Assembly: GCF_001194135.2 (NCBI RefSeq)
Contig: NC_068982.1
Span: 97,650,631-97,697,969, forward strand
Direction: 5' to 3'
Source: Octopus bimaculoides
Taxonomy: Eukaryota
DNA: 47,339 nt
Shown here: in pieces, positions 24,852-37,716 of the stretch
Numbering within the stretch: position 1 is the stretch's first letter
Layout of the letters: every line of letters begins with the position of its first letter
Notes under the pieces: generated by a model
Told to the model about the DNA's origin: nothing
Databases searched by the model: none
Seen by the model: only the letters and a program-made list of their open reading frames with translations
Position numbers and translations under genes: made by a program

Positions 24852-26098
24852 TCAGGTCATACAATATGTTCTGTCCGAATTTTGAATAACGAAAGCAAGA
24901 GATCAAATGTTATATTTAATTGAAATTTAATCATCAATGTACTTTCCCTGATTATCTATGACTTCTTTCCATCTATTTACAAGCTTTTTACTCCCATGAA
25001 TGTAAAACTCTCTTGGTTTCAAAGCGAAGAACTCTGAAATGTCAGTTTCGACCTCCTCCTGGCTTGCGAAAGTTATGTCCCCCAAATGATTCTGTAAACT
25101 ACAAATCAAATGGTAATCTGAAGGAGCAAGTTCGGGAGAATAAGGTGGATGAGGAATTTTTTCCCAACCAAGCTCTTCGATCTTCTGTGATGTGATCTTT
25201 GCAGTGTGGGGTCGTGCATTGTCTTGATGAAACATCACTCCTTTTCGATTCAAACGCTCTAATTACTGACAGTAGACTTGAGCAATGATTGTTGCATTAG
25301 GTGGTAACAATTCAAAGTGAATTACTCCTCTGCGATCCCACCAGATAGACAGAAGAACCTTTTTCCCATGAAGTTCCCTTCTCGGCTGTGGTTGAGCTTT
25401 TTCCCTTTTACCAAGCCACTGTCTACGGCATTTAACATTTCGATAAAAGATCCATTTTTCGTCAGCAGATCTATCCAAATCTATCCAAAAAGGGTGAAAT
25501 GAGTTCGCGAGAATGGAGAGAAGAGCAGATGTCAACTCGGGATTTGCGGTTGCTTTCGGACAATTCATGTGGCACCCATTTTCCAAGTTTAGGAACCTTT
25601 CCAAGTTGTTGAAGATGACGATGGACAGTTGTATGGTTTGAACTAAGCTTTATTGCCAATTCTTCAACTGATAATGTAGGATTTTCTTCAAGTAATGCCT
25701 CAATGAGCTTATCATCAAATTCAACTGGACGTCCTGTTCGATCTTCATCTTCAAGGCTGAAATCTCCACTTCTGAATTTTGCAAACCATCTTCTGCAAGT
25801 TCTTTCATTCAAGCATTCCTTCCCATAAACTGAGTGTATGTTTCGAGTCGCTTAGGCTGTTGAGTTTCCTTTTTTGGACTCATAAAGCATTATGTGACTT
25901 AAATGCTCTTTGGATACTTCCATGCTAGAAAGGGTTTTAATCAAAGAAATTTTAATTCTGTAAAATAATATTTAATTAGTTTAAATGTACACAAATGCAT
26001 GAAAATAATTTTAATTCCATTAAACATTCTAAAATACTATTAAATTTCATTCAATTTTAAATAAGGTAAAATCAGACAGAACTTATAGGATGACCTGA
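24852..26098 (-). mobile_element. Full-length mariner (DD34D) DNA transposon with TIRs and TA target duplication
   Basis: TA-tcaggtcatacaatatgttctgtc at left and gacagaacttataggatgacctga-TA at right form about 30-bp imperfect TIRs. Length 1247 bp. Confidence 0.95.
24927..25923 (-). pseudogene. Mariner transposase pseudogene
   Basis: Starts MEVSKEHL and contains RRWFAKFRSGDFSLED, WVPHEL, DEKW, QDNARPH and HPPYSPELAPSDY, with 34 residues between D2 and D3. It has in-frame stops, a frameshift near 25480 and a short deletion before NRKGV. Confidence 0.93.

Positions 26099-26181
<83 letters not shown>
26099..26181. repeat. (CTA)n microsatellite abutting the mariner TIR
   Basis: Read directly from sequence. 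Confidence 0.95.
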
Positions 26182-26182
<1 letters not shown>

Positions 26183-26224
26183 ACCTGATGAAGGCTAGAG
26201 GGCATATCAGCCGAAACGTTGTAT
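26181..26224 (+). ncRNA. Minimal type I hammerhead ribozyme motif
   Basis: Stem I ACAC/GTAT (one mismatch); core CTGATGA (26185-91) plus an extra A; stem II GGCT/AGCC; GAAA (26213-16) then CG-T-T with palindromic ACGT. Confidence 0.72.
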
Positions 26225-26328
26225 TAACAACAAACAAGATGAGGACAAATATCTGTCAATTGTAAATAATATAAATAATGTACATAATTCATCATCTTTT
26301 AAATATAAAACTGAATGATAATAATAAT

Positions 26329-29300
26329 GAGCTAAGTGAAATACTCTCTGAACCAACCATAAACACTAAGGCACATGAAAATCAAATAGATGAAGAAAGT
26401 CACACAAATATTCACCCAACAGAACTACATGATCTAAAAATCAAATCATGATTGAATCTCTGAAAATTTAAGAAACCAATATGAATGAACGCAATACTCT
26501 CCCAAAAATTCGCAATTCTAACCAAAACCTGAAAATAATTGGCAAAATCTTCCTTGCACTTAAGGATATAATTTCAGCTAATGATGTCGATATCACAGTT
26601 CTCAACCACCTGTACTATGCATCCGCGAAAATTTCAACGATTCTATGTGGTGAAAAGATTAGAAAACGACAACATTCCTATAAAAAGCCTTCTTGGCAAA
26701 AGCGTATTCAACGCCAAATTAAGCTACTTAGGTCTGACATAGAATGTTTGAAAAATCTTAAGTTTGACAAGACTAGCAAACCTACAAAAGCCCGAAAATG
26801 AAAGAAAAAGTATATGAAAACCATACTTGACAATGATGCCACCATAGAAACCACCAAGCAAAAGGTACGTGCTAAAGCTGCCCGCATAGCAAGGCATGAA
26901 AAGCGCGTTAGATTCTTCAAGGACAACAACATGTTAAAAAATAACCCCAAAAATTTTTACAGGAAGATAGAGAAAACACCAGTTACAGTAAAGTCTGTCC
27001 CATCAAAAGAAGTGCAGGAATTTTGGAATAAAATTTGGGCAGAAGAAAAAGCACACAATGAAAAGGCCCCTTGGATTGAAAGAATATCTACAGACTTAGA
27101 CTCCTTAGAGGAGCAAAAGTTGGAGGGTGTCAAGGTAGAAGATATAAGATCTGCTCTCAGGAGGTCAAGTAAATGGAAGTCTCCAGGAAAGGATAAAATT
27201 CCTAACTTCTGGTTGAATGCCTTCCCAGAGAGCTATGAACTCCTAACAAAACTTTACAACGATGTTTTTCAACATCCTAGTATGATGCCCTTTTGGCTAG
27301 TTAATGGTTTAACATTCCTACTTCCAGAAAATGAAGAAACAAATGAACCAAAAATTTATAGACCCATAACCTGCTTAACAACAATATATAAAACGCTAAC
27401 ATATGTTTTGACTGAATATACCTATAGTTTTTTAATAGAAAGTAGCGTATTCCCTAATGAGCAAAATGGATGTAAACGTGGATCTTATGGTTGTAAAGAT
27501 CAGCTACTCATCAATAAGATGATCTTAAAAGATTATCACAAACGACACAAAAACTTGTCAATAGCCTGGATGGACTATAAAAAAGCTTTTGATAGCCTAC
27601 CACAGCTGGATTAAGAAATGTCTAGAGATGTCTAAAGTAGCGCCTACTCTGCGAAACTTTTAGTCTGTAAGTATGAGACCATGGAGAACCACACTAACTT
27701 TGAACAGTGACGATGAATCTCTAAGTGCTGGAGATGTAAAAAATTCCTGTGGCATTTTCTAGGGTGACTCACTATCACCACTCCTCTTTTGTCTAGCCTT
27801 AATACCTCTCCAGAAATTGCTCAATGATGCACAGTACGGTTGATTTAAAGCTCTTTGCAAAAAATGTCCAACAACTCAAGGGCTTACTAGCGATTGTTAA
27901 ACAATTCAGTGATGACATCAGGATGCAATTTGGCCTCGATAAATGTGGAAAAGCTACCTTTATCAAAGGAAAAATGACAGAAACATCTAACGTTAACCTT
28001 GCCCAGCAGAATGTCATAAAAGAGTTAGAATCAGCGGAGATCTGCAAATACCTAGGGGTACTTGAAGGGGATGGAATCAGGCGGAATCAGTGATGATGGA
28101 AAAAAATCAGAAGAGAATGTTATTGCGAGGTGAGAGCAAAACTTAAGACAGATCTTAATGCAAGAAACAGGATTGAAGCGATCAATGCTTTAACCATATT
28201 AGTCGTGACTTACAGTTTCAATATCGTTAACTGGTCAATTACTGAAATAAGTAACCTTGACAGAAAAATACGAAAACTGTTGACAATGCATATAATGCAC
28301 CGTCCTAAGGCAGATATAGGACGACTTTATCTGCCAAGAAAAGAGGGAGGCCGTGGGCTTTTACAACTGGCATTAACAATGAAGATTGCCACACCTACAT
28401 GGAAAACTCTGAGGGCTGGATGTTAAAACTTGTCACAAAACATGAAAACGAGAAAGCATCATACTCAGTAACAAAGCAGGCAAAGAAATATCTAAGTGAA
28501 TTTCAAATATAACAAATTCCGGAATTAGACATACGAGAAACAAGCGCAGAAAAAGCTAAATGCATGAAAACCCGTGCTAAAACTCCTGCCTTAGATATTC
28601 TGACTGATAAATGGCAAGAAAAAGCTCTCAATGGCAAATACCCAAAGAAAGCGAATAATGCCGATGTTGACAAAGCCCTTACCCATCAATGGCTAGTGGC
28701 CTCTGGCTTAAAATCTGAAGCAGAAGGGTTTATCATAGCAACCGAAGATCAATGCCTACCTACAAGGAACTACCAGGCCAACATATTAAAGAACGGCAGT
28801 AACCCAACATGTCGTGTATGTCAACAACAAAATGAAACCATCGACCATGTTGTCTCCATGTGCAGTCTTCTTGCGCCTACAGAGTATCTCAACAGGCATG
28901 ATAGAGCTGCACAATATATTCACTGGGTAATTTGCAAAAACATGGACTTGCCCCATGATAAAAACTGGTGGAAACACAAACCACCCCCAGTACTTGAAAA
29001 TGATCACATCTCACTCCTCTGAAATTTCACCATTCAAACTGACAGAAAGAAAGATAGATGCAAATAGGCCAGATATCATATTGAAAGACTTCAGACAAAA
29101 ATCATACCTCCTCATTGAAATCACTGTCCCAATCGATATAAACGTATCTGTCAAGACCTACCAAGAACTGAGCAGTTATAAAGATCTTGAAATAGAAATT
29201 AGCAAAATGTGGAACCTGAAGACTAAAACAATACCTGTTGTTATAGGTGCCCTGAGAATGATAGTAAAAGGGGCTGATTGCCACCTAGCTTAGATACCAG

Positions 29301-29597
29301 GAAACCCCAAAATGGCAGAAGTTCAAAAGATAGTGCTCATTGGAACTACCCATATCCTAAGCAAAATACTTTCTATGTAATCTCAAATTTTAAAACAAAC
29401 ACAATTTTCTTATGGTTTCTTAAACATTCTCTAGAACAACACTATGTACAAAACCAAATATATGGCACCCTAGGCATAACACCAACATGAAATTCTAACT
29501 TGTTGTCTCTTGAGGTCTCTGGATGAGACTTAGAGCCAAGTTGTACAAATGTAAAGCAAAAGTCAAACATAGAATAATAATAATAATAATAATAATA
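26329..29597 (+). mobile_element. 5'-truncated non-LTR retrotransposon with RT, CCHC and restriction-like endonuclease (R4/Dong-like), inactive
   Basis: Motifs across broken frames: ERNTLPK, WQKRIQ, WKSPGKD, YRPITCL, EQNGC, AWMDYKKAFDS, GIF*GDSLSPLLF, FGLDKC, KYLG, RLYLPRKEGGRGL, CRVC-x8-H-x4-C, NRPDII...IEITVP...YKDL. (AAT)n lies at both ends (26317-28 and 29573-97). A deletion removes the YMD of YMDD. Confidence 0.92.
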
Positions 29598-29699
29598 CAA
29601 CAGCCGTAAATCTGCCATCCTTTGCTGCCTATGAAAATCAGGGGAGGCAATATTAGGACCCCTAGGCCTTATAGTAATAGTATAAGTATAGTAATAATT

Positions 29700-29785
29700 G
29701 TGAAACTATAGTAGTGAACAAGTAAATAATAAAATAGGGACTATAGCAGTAATAGTGAAATTATAATAGTGAACAAGTGAATAAT
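29700..29785 (+). repeat. 31-bp imperfect direct repeat
   Basis: gtgaaactatagtagtgaacaagtaaataat (29700-30) and gtgaaattataatagtgaacaagtgaataat (29755-85). Confidence 0.8.
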
Positions 29786-30254
29786 TAACCAGATTGATTA
29801 TTACCCAGAATGATTAACAAGTGGTGTTATGAAACCGTCGATTCGTCGGCGACAAAACCAGCAACCCGACAAAGCTTGCTTGGTGAGGAGGGTGGATTTT
29901 CGACACCTTGCGGGCTTAAAAACAATACCCGGCAAAAGGCACAGGTACTCAGAAGAGTCAATGGCATTTCGAAAACGGGTGGACAGAACTCGTGAGCCTT
30001 GGAGAAGGAACAAACTGATTTAAAACTGGGGTAGATAGGACTCCGTAGTCACAGTGATGACAACCTGTCAGTGTCCAACGGCTTTATGTTTGAGATGAAG
30101 GTAAATGAACAGCGAATCGGGACTTAACTCTGGATGAAGATACGGGACTGACTGATGTTCATCTGTCTCCTAGTGAGAATCAAAACCATGGCTCCCAACA
30201 CACAGAAATACGAAGAGAACAGGAAGCCTTGGTTGACAATCTCACTAGAGATTG

Positions 30255-30645
30255 GCACTTTAGGCAGGTCTCTTCCACTATAGCATACTGAGGCCTTGTG
30301 AGTGAATTTGGTCGACCGAAACTGAGTAATCCCGCCGCATACATACATACATACATACATACATACATACATACATACATACATACATACATAAACACAT
30401 ACATACATACATACATACATACATACGTACGTACATACGTACGTACATACATACATCAGTGTGTGTTAGTGTTTGCTCCTCATCACAGCTCTACAACCGA
30501 ATGTGCTTTGTTTATGTCTCTGTAATACGGCAGTTCGACAGAGTAAGTACCAGACTTAAAAATGAGCGCTGGAGTCGATTTCTTCGACTAGAACCTTCAG
30601 GACGACACCCTAGCATGGCCGCAGATAAAGTGAAGTAGAAAAAGG
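30255..30645 (+). mobile_element. SINE family A, diverged copy with expanded internal (CATA)n
   Basis: cttccactatagc...gccttgtgagtgaatttggtcgaccgaaactga, then (CATA)n, then acaaccga...aagtaccag...gtcgatttcttcgact...agcatggccgcag. Confidence 0.78.
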
Positions 30646-31639
30646 TCACATCTTTTAGTATAAGAATTCATGAACTTCTTCATTAGTTGAAATAAGATTC
30701 CCGAGATTTACTTGATCGGTGTTAGCTCGATCCTAGTCGGGCTCTAACTCTCAAAGCATACCTGTAATATATATTTTACTCAATACTTTAAAATTAAGTT
30801 TTAAAATGTTTAAAATATAAAATTGAGCCGAGAGTTGACTAGATATTGTTGCAGCCGTATGTTCGACAGGGTTGACATACACACACTCTCGTTGTCTCGA
30901 CCTTTCAAATTGTCATTTAGTATCTCGAGAGTATAAGGCACTAAAGTGTGAACGGTTCACAACGTATCAATGTCATTAGCTTGTACCCACATTAATAAAT
31001 GGGATATCTAGTCATCTATTTCTGAAACGGAAGAGCTCGCAAGGGCCATTGATACTGCTCTTTCCTCCAGAGCCAGCAAGTTATTATAAGTATGCGTGCG
31101 CGTAAAATTTTGAAATCTTATTTTCTTCAGATGCACCACAGACCACAAGTTTTCTTCATTAATCTTTTCCAGTCCGATTACGACACTCATCATCATCATC
31201 AGTATTTCACTTATTCGTTTATGTCACTTGTTTTTCTCCCCAGTTTCTCTCTCTCTCTTTCTCAATATTTTTATGACAATTTGTCTGGAGGAAGCTGTTC
31301 TGATTATGGCCTTCCTCACTTCCACCTGATGAAATCAACGAGGTTGATGTTCTGAAACAACAATAACTGTTATAATACCGATTCTTAAAAAAAAAAATTT
31401 TGTTTTGTGTTTTCGGATTTACAGAGTATAAATGAATATAAATAAAAACGTCACATTAATATCTTTCTTAAATATACTAACCTCTTCTCTACAGTATCCA
31501 CTGTCAATGAGTTACATGTTGATTTCATACTTATACACACTCCCTCAAATATGAATGGACAATGCTCAAATATTTTTCAACAACAAACGTTTACTCAATG
31601 ACCAACCGCAGTCAACTATTATATTTGTAGTTACAGTAA

Positions 31640-31845
31640 TGGTGAATTGGCAGAATCGTTGAAGTGACGGAAAATGCGTTGTAGTATTTGTTCCGACACT
31701 AAGTTCAAATCCTACCGAGGTTAACTTTGCCTTTCATTCCTAGATCGATAAAATAAACTACTTATAAATTACTAGGGGCGATGTAGTCGACTAGCCTCTT
31801 CTCTTAAAATTTCAGGGCTTGTGACTGTGTTAGAAATATTTATAT
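31640..31845 (+). mobile_element. SINE family C, diverged
   Basis: ttggcagaatcgtt...agttcaaatcctaccgaggttaactttgcctttcattcc...gatcgataaaataa...ggggcgatgtagtcgactag...aaaatttcagggcttgtg. Confidence 0.8.
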
Positions 31846-32939
31846 GTGTAGCTGCAATAAAAACACCAGCAGCGTAATCTATATCGTCTGCGAATGATTT
31901 ACAACTGCTCTTACGGATCTTTGAATTCAATTTCCAGTTCATGTTCTGTTCTGAAGCATTCCAAGTTTCGTACATCTAAAATTCCTACTTCGTTCAATTT
32001 ACTGCGATCTCCTATCGTCTAACCGGCTAACTCCATCATCTCTCGTTGTCATTAAATCAAATAACCACAACCACAACAGCTGGATGTTTCTCAAAAGGTG
32101 TTGCAGTGATGATTAAATGCCTCCCAATTATATCAGTGAGTTTCGTCCTCTATGAATGGCACTTAAGGTGTAGAACTAAGTGGGCTTCGATTGTATGAAT
32201 AGAATTGAAGTACATAACTAAGAGAATGTTATTGGTAAACTGCTGACCAAGCTCACCTGACAAATCAGATTGTTACCGATATGTGTGTGTGCATGCGTGT
32301 ACATATATATATATACATATACATATAGATATATGCATGTATTACATATATAAACACACATATGCGTTCATATACATAACAATAAAATTCGTAAAGGACA
32401 AACGGTATTGCTACAACGTAATATGATTTACATAATTATCTCATGTTATGAGTTGACAGCAAGGATAGCGAGCATAAAAGACAGATTCTAGAAGTAAATA
32501 ACATTTCAAGTGGATCTAAACCTATTCGTGAAAGAGAGGCAGTATATATGCTCCTGGTAAATAGTTAAATATTAATTCATCCAAACTGATGATTGGATAA
32601 TCATACAATGTTTCAGCAAATATTTATTGAAGCGACGGCATTTGCTTAAGATTTCTGTTCAAACGTTAAAAGAGTCCATTCATTTGTTTAACTTCTTCAC
32701 TAAGAAGTACTCACTTTTCAGCTGTGCATGAACCGCAATGCTTTGTTTTATAGTATCTACAATTCATCGTAGTTCTTGTGTGTGGGTGCTTGTGAGTGCG
32801 TTTGTGTCTTAATGTGTGTAAATCAGTAATTGTTAGTGAGGATTGAGAAAGGAAGTTTAAAGGGGATTCGGGTAAGGAACAACGTTTCTAAGTAAATCTT
32901 TTATTCCATTATGTAACATACAACTGTATTTGAAAATAA

Positions 32940-34620
32940 CTCTGGTCAACAAAAAGTTTCCATTTGAGACGAAACTAATTATTATTTTAAATTTCTTCAA
33001 ACTCTGCTTTCAGATCGCTCTATATTGATTGCCATGCGTTATGAATGTATTAATCACTCAGAAATATGTTTATGCTACTTTTACAAGACGCAATAGCGAA
33101 CTATTGCAATAGATAGTTGAAAAAATACAGGATATACTTTGAAAGAATACCGGATATCTCACAGAGATGATCAAGGCAAGCAGTGGACACCACATCGAAT
33201 CTTCTGTGTTCGTTCAAGTGATTGGTTGAGCAAATGGAATGATCAATGCCACTTGCTATGAAGAGAAAAAAAGGAGATCTCATTCCCTTTATCCCAAGTG
33301 ATGGACTAGTTTAGAAATAATTAGTGATAATGATGCAAATAGTTTAATAGCTACATCTTTTTCAGATCCTAAATACATATCTGTAAAAAAATTTGAACCA
33401 AGGTTGTTTACTCGAGAAAGTGCTAAAAACTTCACATTATCAAAGGAATCCTTCGCAAACAGCTTTCATGCTTTTGTAGCATCCGACTGGCACTTCTTCA
33501 TTAGTTCATCACAAAAAAGCTTATAATCAGCACTAATCTAATACCATATGAACCTAAATCCTAATTTCGAGCACCTACAGTAGATGTAATATGAAGGATA
33601 TACTGCCGGATACTATACAATGCAATATTTACCAATAGAATCTCCGTGGAGATAAAGTTGTTATACCAAAGGCATGCCAACAAGTTTTACAAAATAACTG
33701 TTATTTCTTATAACCCATGTGACAGTCATGCTACCGTAGACTATATTGAGCATGAATGTCTATTGAGGACAACATATATCACAGATACAAGCAGTGTCCA
33801 ATCTGTACCTTTAGTTGATCCCAAGAAGAGAATTGAACTACTTCTCCCTGTTAAACTCGGTTTAGTGAACAATTTTGTTAAAGCAATAAGTGAAGTCAGC
33901 TCAAGATTTCAGTACTTTTCTACAAAATTCATAATTGCAAGTGTGGAAAAGTTAAAGGAGTAGGGGAATTATTATGAGACACCTAAAGTAGGCAAGTTTT
34001 AAAACCTATAGAATTCAAACATATACTCAATACACTATAATTACTATAATTAAATGTTTGGCAGTCTTTTAAATGGTTATGCACATACTTTATGGGCAAT
34101 AATAAGTACTCCTACGCGTACAAGTTTAATAGAAAATCTCTTGATGTCTATAAAGAAATTAACTGTTGAATTTCTTAAATATTCACTTCCTACATTCTCT
34201 TTTAGAGTTCATCTAAGAAAGCAATAAAAATGGAAAACGATTCTATCAGACATTTATGTGACTGAAGCATGATGCTAGGGATTTTGGAAGAAAAGCATGA
34301 TGGCTGACTATTGTTGGATATGAAATCGTTACGACATAGTCACAACATTTAAAATTTTGAATAATGTATACTCTTCAATCGCATGTATATCTAAATAAAT
34401 GATATAAGAAAATGAGATTAACGCTAATTATATATGTTATGTGTTTCGGCTCAAACAAATAGCTAATTTTGCATAAAATAATCTTTGGTATACCATAATT
34501 ATTAATCAAATTAAGAAAAATCGAAACAGCCACGTTTCGAAAACTAGATGCATTCGGGAAAAACTAAAGAAAAATTTTGAATTGACTCTAAAATGCATTC
34601 AAAAAGGTGAATTGCATCAT
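32940..34620 (+). mobile_element. Decayed DNA transposon, probably Chapaev (CMC) type
   Basis: From ATG 33034 the broken frames give ECINH..CLCY, DDQGKQWTPH, DWHFFISSS.KSL, CDSHA, PLVDPK...VKLGLVNNFVKA, KLKE, WQSF, MGNNK, NIHFLHS and MMADYCW. Their order matches the CxNxPDxFCY / GDQDKxWAPH / WRLFIDSS / WDSRA / LHIKLGL / KxHFLHSH / MADYCW series that I recall from Chapaev3-like transposases. The transposase call is firm; the family name comes from memory. Confidence 0.7.
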
Positions 34621-34989
34621 CAATGAAAAAGAAAAACCAGGATAATTAGTAACGAAGAACTAGAAACAGCAGATCTTCTTAGGAATGTCTAGAAGAGATA
34701 ATATCGTTATTCTAATATATTTAATATGTAGGCAAGTCAGTTTTAAAATATATGACTTCTACAAGCCGATGAGAAAGCTTCTTTCGCATTGGTTCCACCT
34801 GCTGGAAATAGCAGGCAAACCGCTCACAAATGCCACATTATCGCTTACTTTTTTTTAAAGGAACTATTAGCTAATATAGTCATTGAACTAATATGCAACC
34901 TCTTGTCACCAGATTAGTGTTTCTAACCAGATATTTTGCCAGATTTAATGAGATTGAATCGTAGAGTGGCATGGGACTTCAGAATGTGA

Positions 34990-35275
34990 AGTAACTTTAT
35001 CCGTTCAGGGTGGGGGCGCATCTTCTTTGGAAAATCGGTGTGAAGCGTATAACAAAAAAGACTGAGAAGCATTGCTTCAGACCAATCAGTTTAAGCATTG
35101 TCGAAATAACGGACATGATGTGAATTTACATGAAGTACAAAGTATTGAGTGTGACAAGTGTTATGGATTTTTTGAGACACAATTGCATGATAGCGAAATT
35201 ATAAAAGTTGAATCACAAAATGAAGAGATAAGGAAGAGAGGCAATGACTTGGCGAAACATTGCATAATAGGTTAG
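34990..35275 (+). mobile_element. Possible second decayed Penelope GIY-YIG remnant
   Basis: With frameshifts: FGKS..S..QKRL (cf. YIGETxRxLxxR), FKHCRNNGHDVNLHEVQSIE (cf. xxHxxxxGHxxxxxxVxIL) and a terminal KRGNDL. Confidence 0.35.
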
Positions 35276-35608
35276 ACTGTCATGTGACAATAAGTACAGA
35301 GTACACAGAATAAAGATGGCGGAACGAGATTTGATAGTATAAATAAGGGGTAGTGGAAATAGATTATTTTATAGAGTTAGTATATTCTTCATTTGAAAAT
35401 ATATATGCACTCACGAAGATTTGCCCTTGTTAGGAGTTCATAACGCAACAAAACCTTGCTAAATCATTTCCTTGATTAAAATTAGAAATACCATGTTTAC
35501 TCAATTACATTCGTTTGTCGTCTGGTTAAGCTAATACAGTATTTGTTTAAACTTTGTCTCTTTATTCCTCTTGCGGTATCCTTTTTTTTCTTATTGTATT
35601 TACACTCC

Positions 35609-35663
<55 letters not shown>

Positions 35664-35747
35664 GTATATAAATATATATAGTATAGACGTGTGCGAGTGT
35701 ACGTCTGTTTGTGCGCGTGTATGTGTGTATGTATGTGTGTGTATATA

Positions 35748-35779
<32 letters not shown>

Positions 35780-35907
35780 CTTGTGCGTGAGTGTGTGTGC
35801 TTATGCATTTTCAACAACGTAAGTTGAACCAAATCGATAAAAAGCTAAATATAATTAAATAAGCGCAAATGGGCACTCTGAATTTATATACTTATATATC
35901 TAATTAT

Positions 35908-35948
<41 letters not shown>

Positions 35949-36541
35949 AATATATGCATACATACATACACACATATTTACGAGCGTTCCCACACATATA
36001 TCCGCAAAGGAAGAGAGTGAGAGAAAGAGAGAGACAGATAGACAGAAAGAGAGAGATGGGAGAGTGAGAGAAAGAAAAAAAGGGAAAATCACTGAGGCAA
36101 ATTTAAGATAATTAAATTTAGATGGAATTTTTAATTTTGATAAAATGATATTGATAAANNNNNNNNNNNNNNNNNNNNNNNNNNNNNNNNNNNNNNNNNN
36201 NNNNNNNNNNNNNNNNNNNNNNNNNNNNNNNNNNNNNNNNNNNNNNNNNNNNNNNNNNNNNNNNNNNNNNNNNNNNNNNNNNNNNNNNNNNNNNNNNNNN
36301 NNNNNNNNNNNNNNNNNNNNNNNNNNNNNNNNNNNNNNNNNNNNNNNNNNNNNNNNNNNNNNNNNNNNNNNNNNNNNNNNNNNNNNNNNNNNNNNNNNNN
36401 NNNNNNNNNNNNNNNNNNNNNNNNNNNNNNNNNNNNNNNNNNNNNNNNNNNNNNNNNNNNNNNNNNNNNNNNNNNNNNNNNNNNNNNNNNNNNNNNNNNN
36501 NNNNNNNNNNNNNNNNNNNNNNNNNNNNNNNNNNNNNNNNN

Positions 36542-36577
<36 letters not shown>

Positions 36578-37716
36578 CATACACAGACACGTGCGCACAT
36601 TTATACACAACATACACACACATACATACACACACACAAACGCATATATATAGGTTATTCTCATTGAAAGCAGCGTAAATAGCGAATAGCAGCCTGTATA
36701 TCATAATTAACGTGGATATACTGTAAGAATGCCTTAATACCGCAGTATTAATCCCGAGAAAGCATCTCGTATAGATGTATTGTACTAAAAAGCACATCAG
36801 TATCTGTAGCAGGTGGAAAATGTTGCGGATCGGCGGTTGTACTTGATCACGTGATATTTATGATGATAGTGGTTATCTTCTACTGGTGAGCACAAATTCG
36901 TAGCAATCACAGAATCTAGCAGTTCCACCGCTCTGCTAGACATTTTTCATCTGTTACTGATACTTTCGTGCATTATACGAGATGCTTTCTAAAGACCAAA
37001 ATCGCAGAATTATGATTTCTCACAGTAAATCCATGTTAAGTATATACGGATTGAAACACACACATACAAACACATACACACATATGCGCGCGCACACACA
37101 CATATATATATATATAGAATGTGTGTGTTTTGTGTGTGTGTGAATGTGCGTGAGTGTGAAACAGTGGTAGCACCATAAGTTTAAACAATTCAATTAGTTT
37201 TCCTACGGACGCCACATTACCCATGTCTCTACTAAGGATTTTCTTGCTGTTTCCTTGTATACCAATCATTTTTCTGCGGTTGTTTAGTTCAAGGCTAGTC
37301 CACTACCTCTCACTTATTGTGGCTGTTCTTCAAATTTTTTAAATCAAAATTGCAGTTAATGACCAATGGATATNNNNNNNNNNNNNNNNNNNNNNNNNNN
37401 NNNNNNNNNNNNNNNNNNNNNNNNNNNNNNNNNNNNNNNNNNNNNNNNNNNNNNNNNNNNNNNNNNNNNNNNNNNNNNNNNNNNNNNNNNNNNNNNNNNN
37501 NNNNNNNNNNNNNNNNNNNNNNNNNNNNNNNNNNNNNNNNNNNNNNNNNNNNNNNNNNNNNNNNNNNNNNNNNNNNNNNNNNNNNNNNNNNNNNNNNNNN
37601 NNNNNNNNNNNNNNNNNNNNNNNNNNNNNNNNNNNNNNNNNNNNNNNNNNNNNNNNNNNNNNNNNNNNNNNNNNNNNNNNNNNNNNNNNNNNNNNNNNNN
37701 NNNNNNNNNNNNNNNN

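Noticed and set aside
31326-31358. CTGATGA-A-ATCAAC(GAG)GTTGAT-GTTCT-GAAAC, hammerhead-like
   Set aside because: Five extra bases separate stem II from GAAA, and no stem I or stem III pairing follows.
36915-36942. 8-bp hairpin tctagcag/ctgctaga as a possible Helitron 3' end
   Set aside because: No CTRR terminus at the expected distance and no matching 5' TC end identified.
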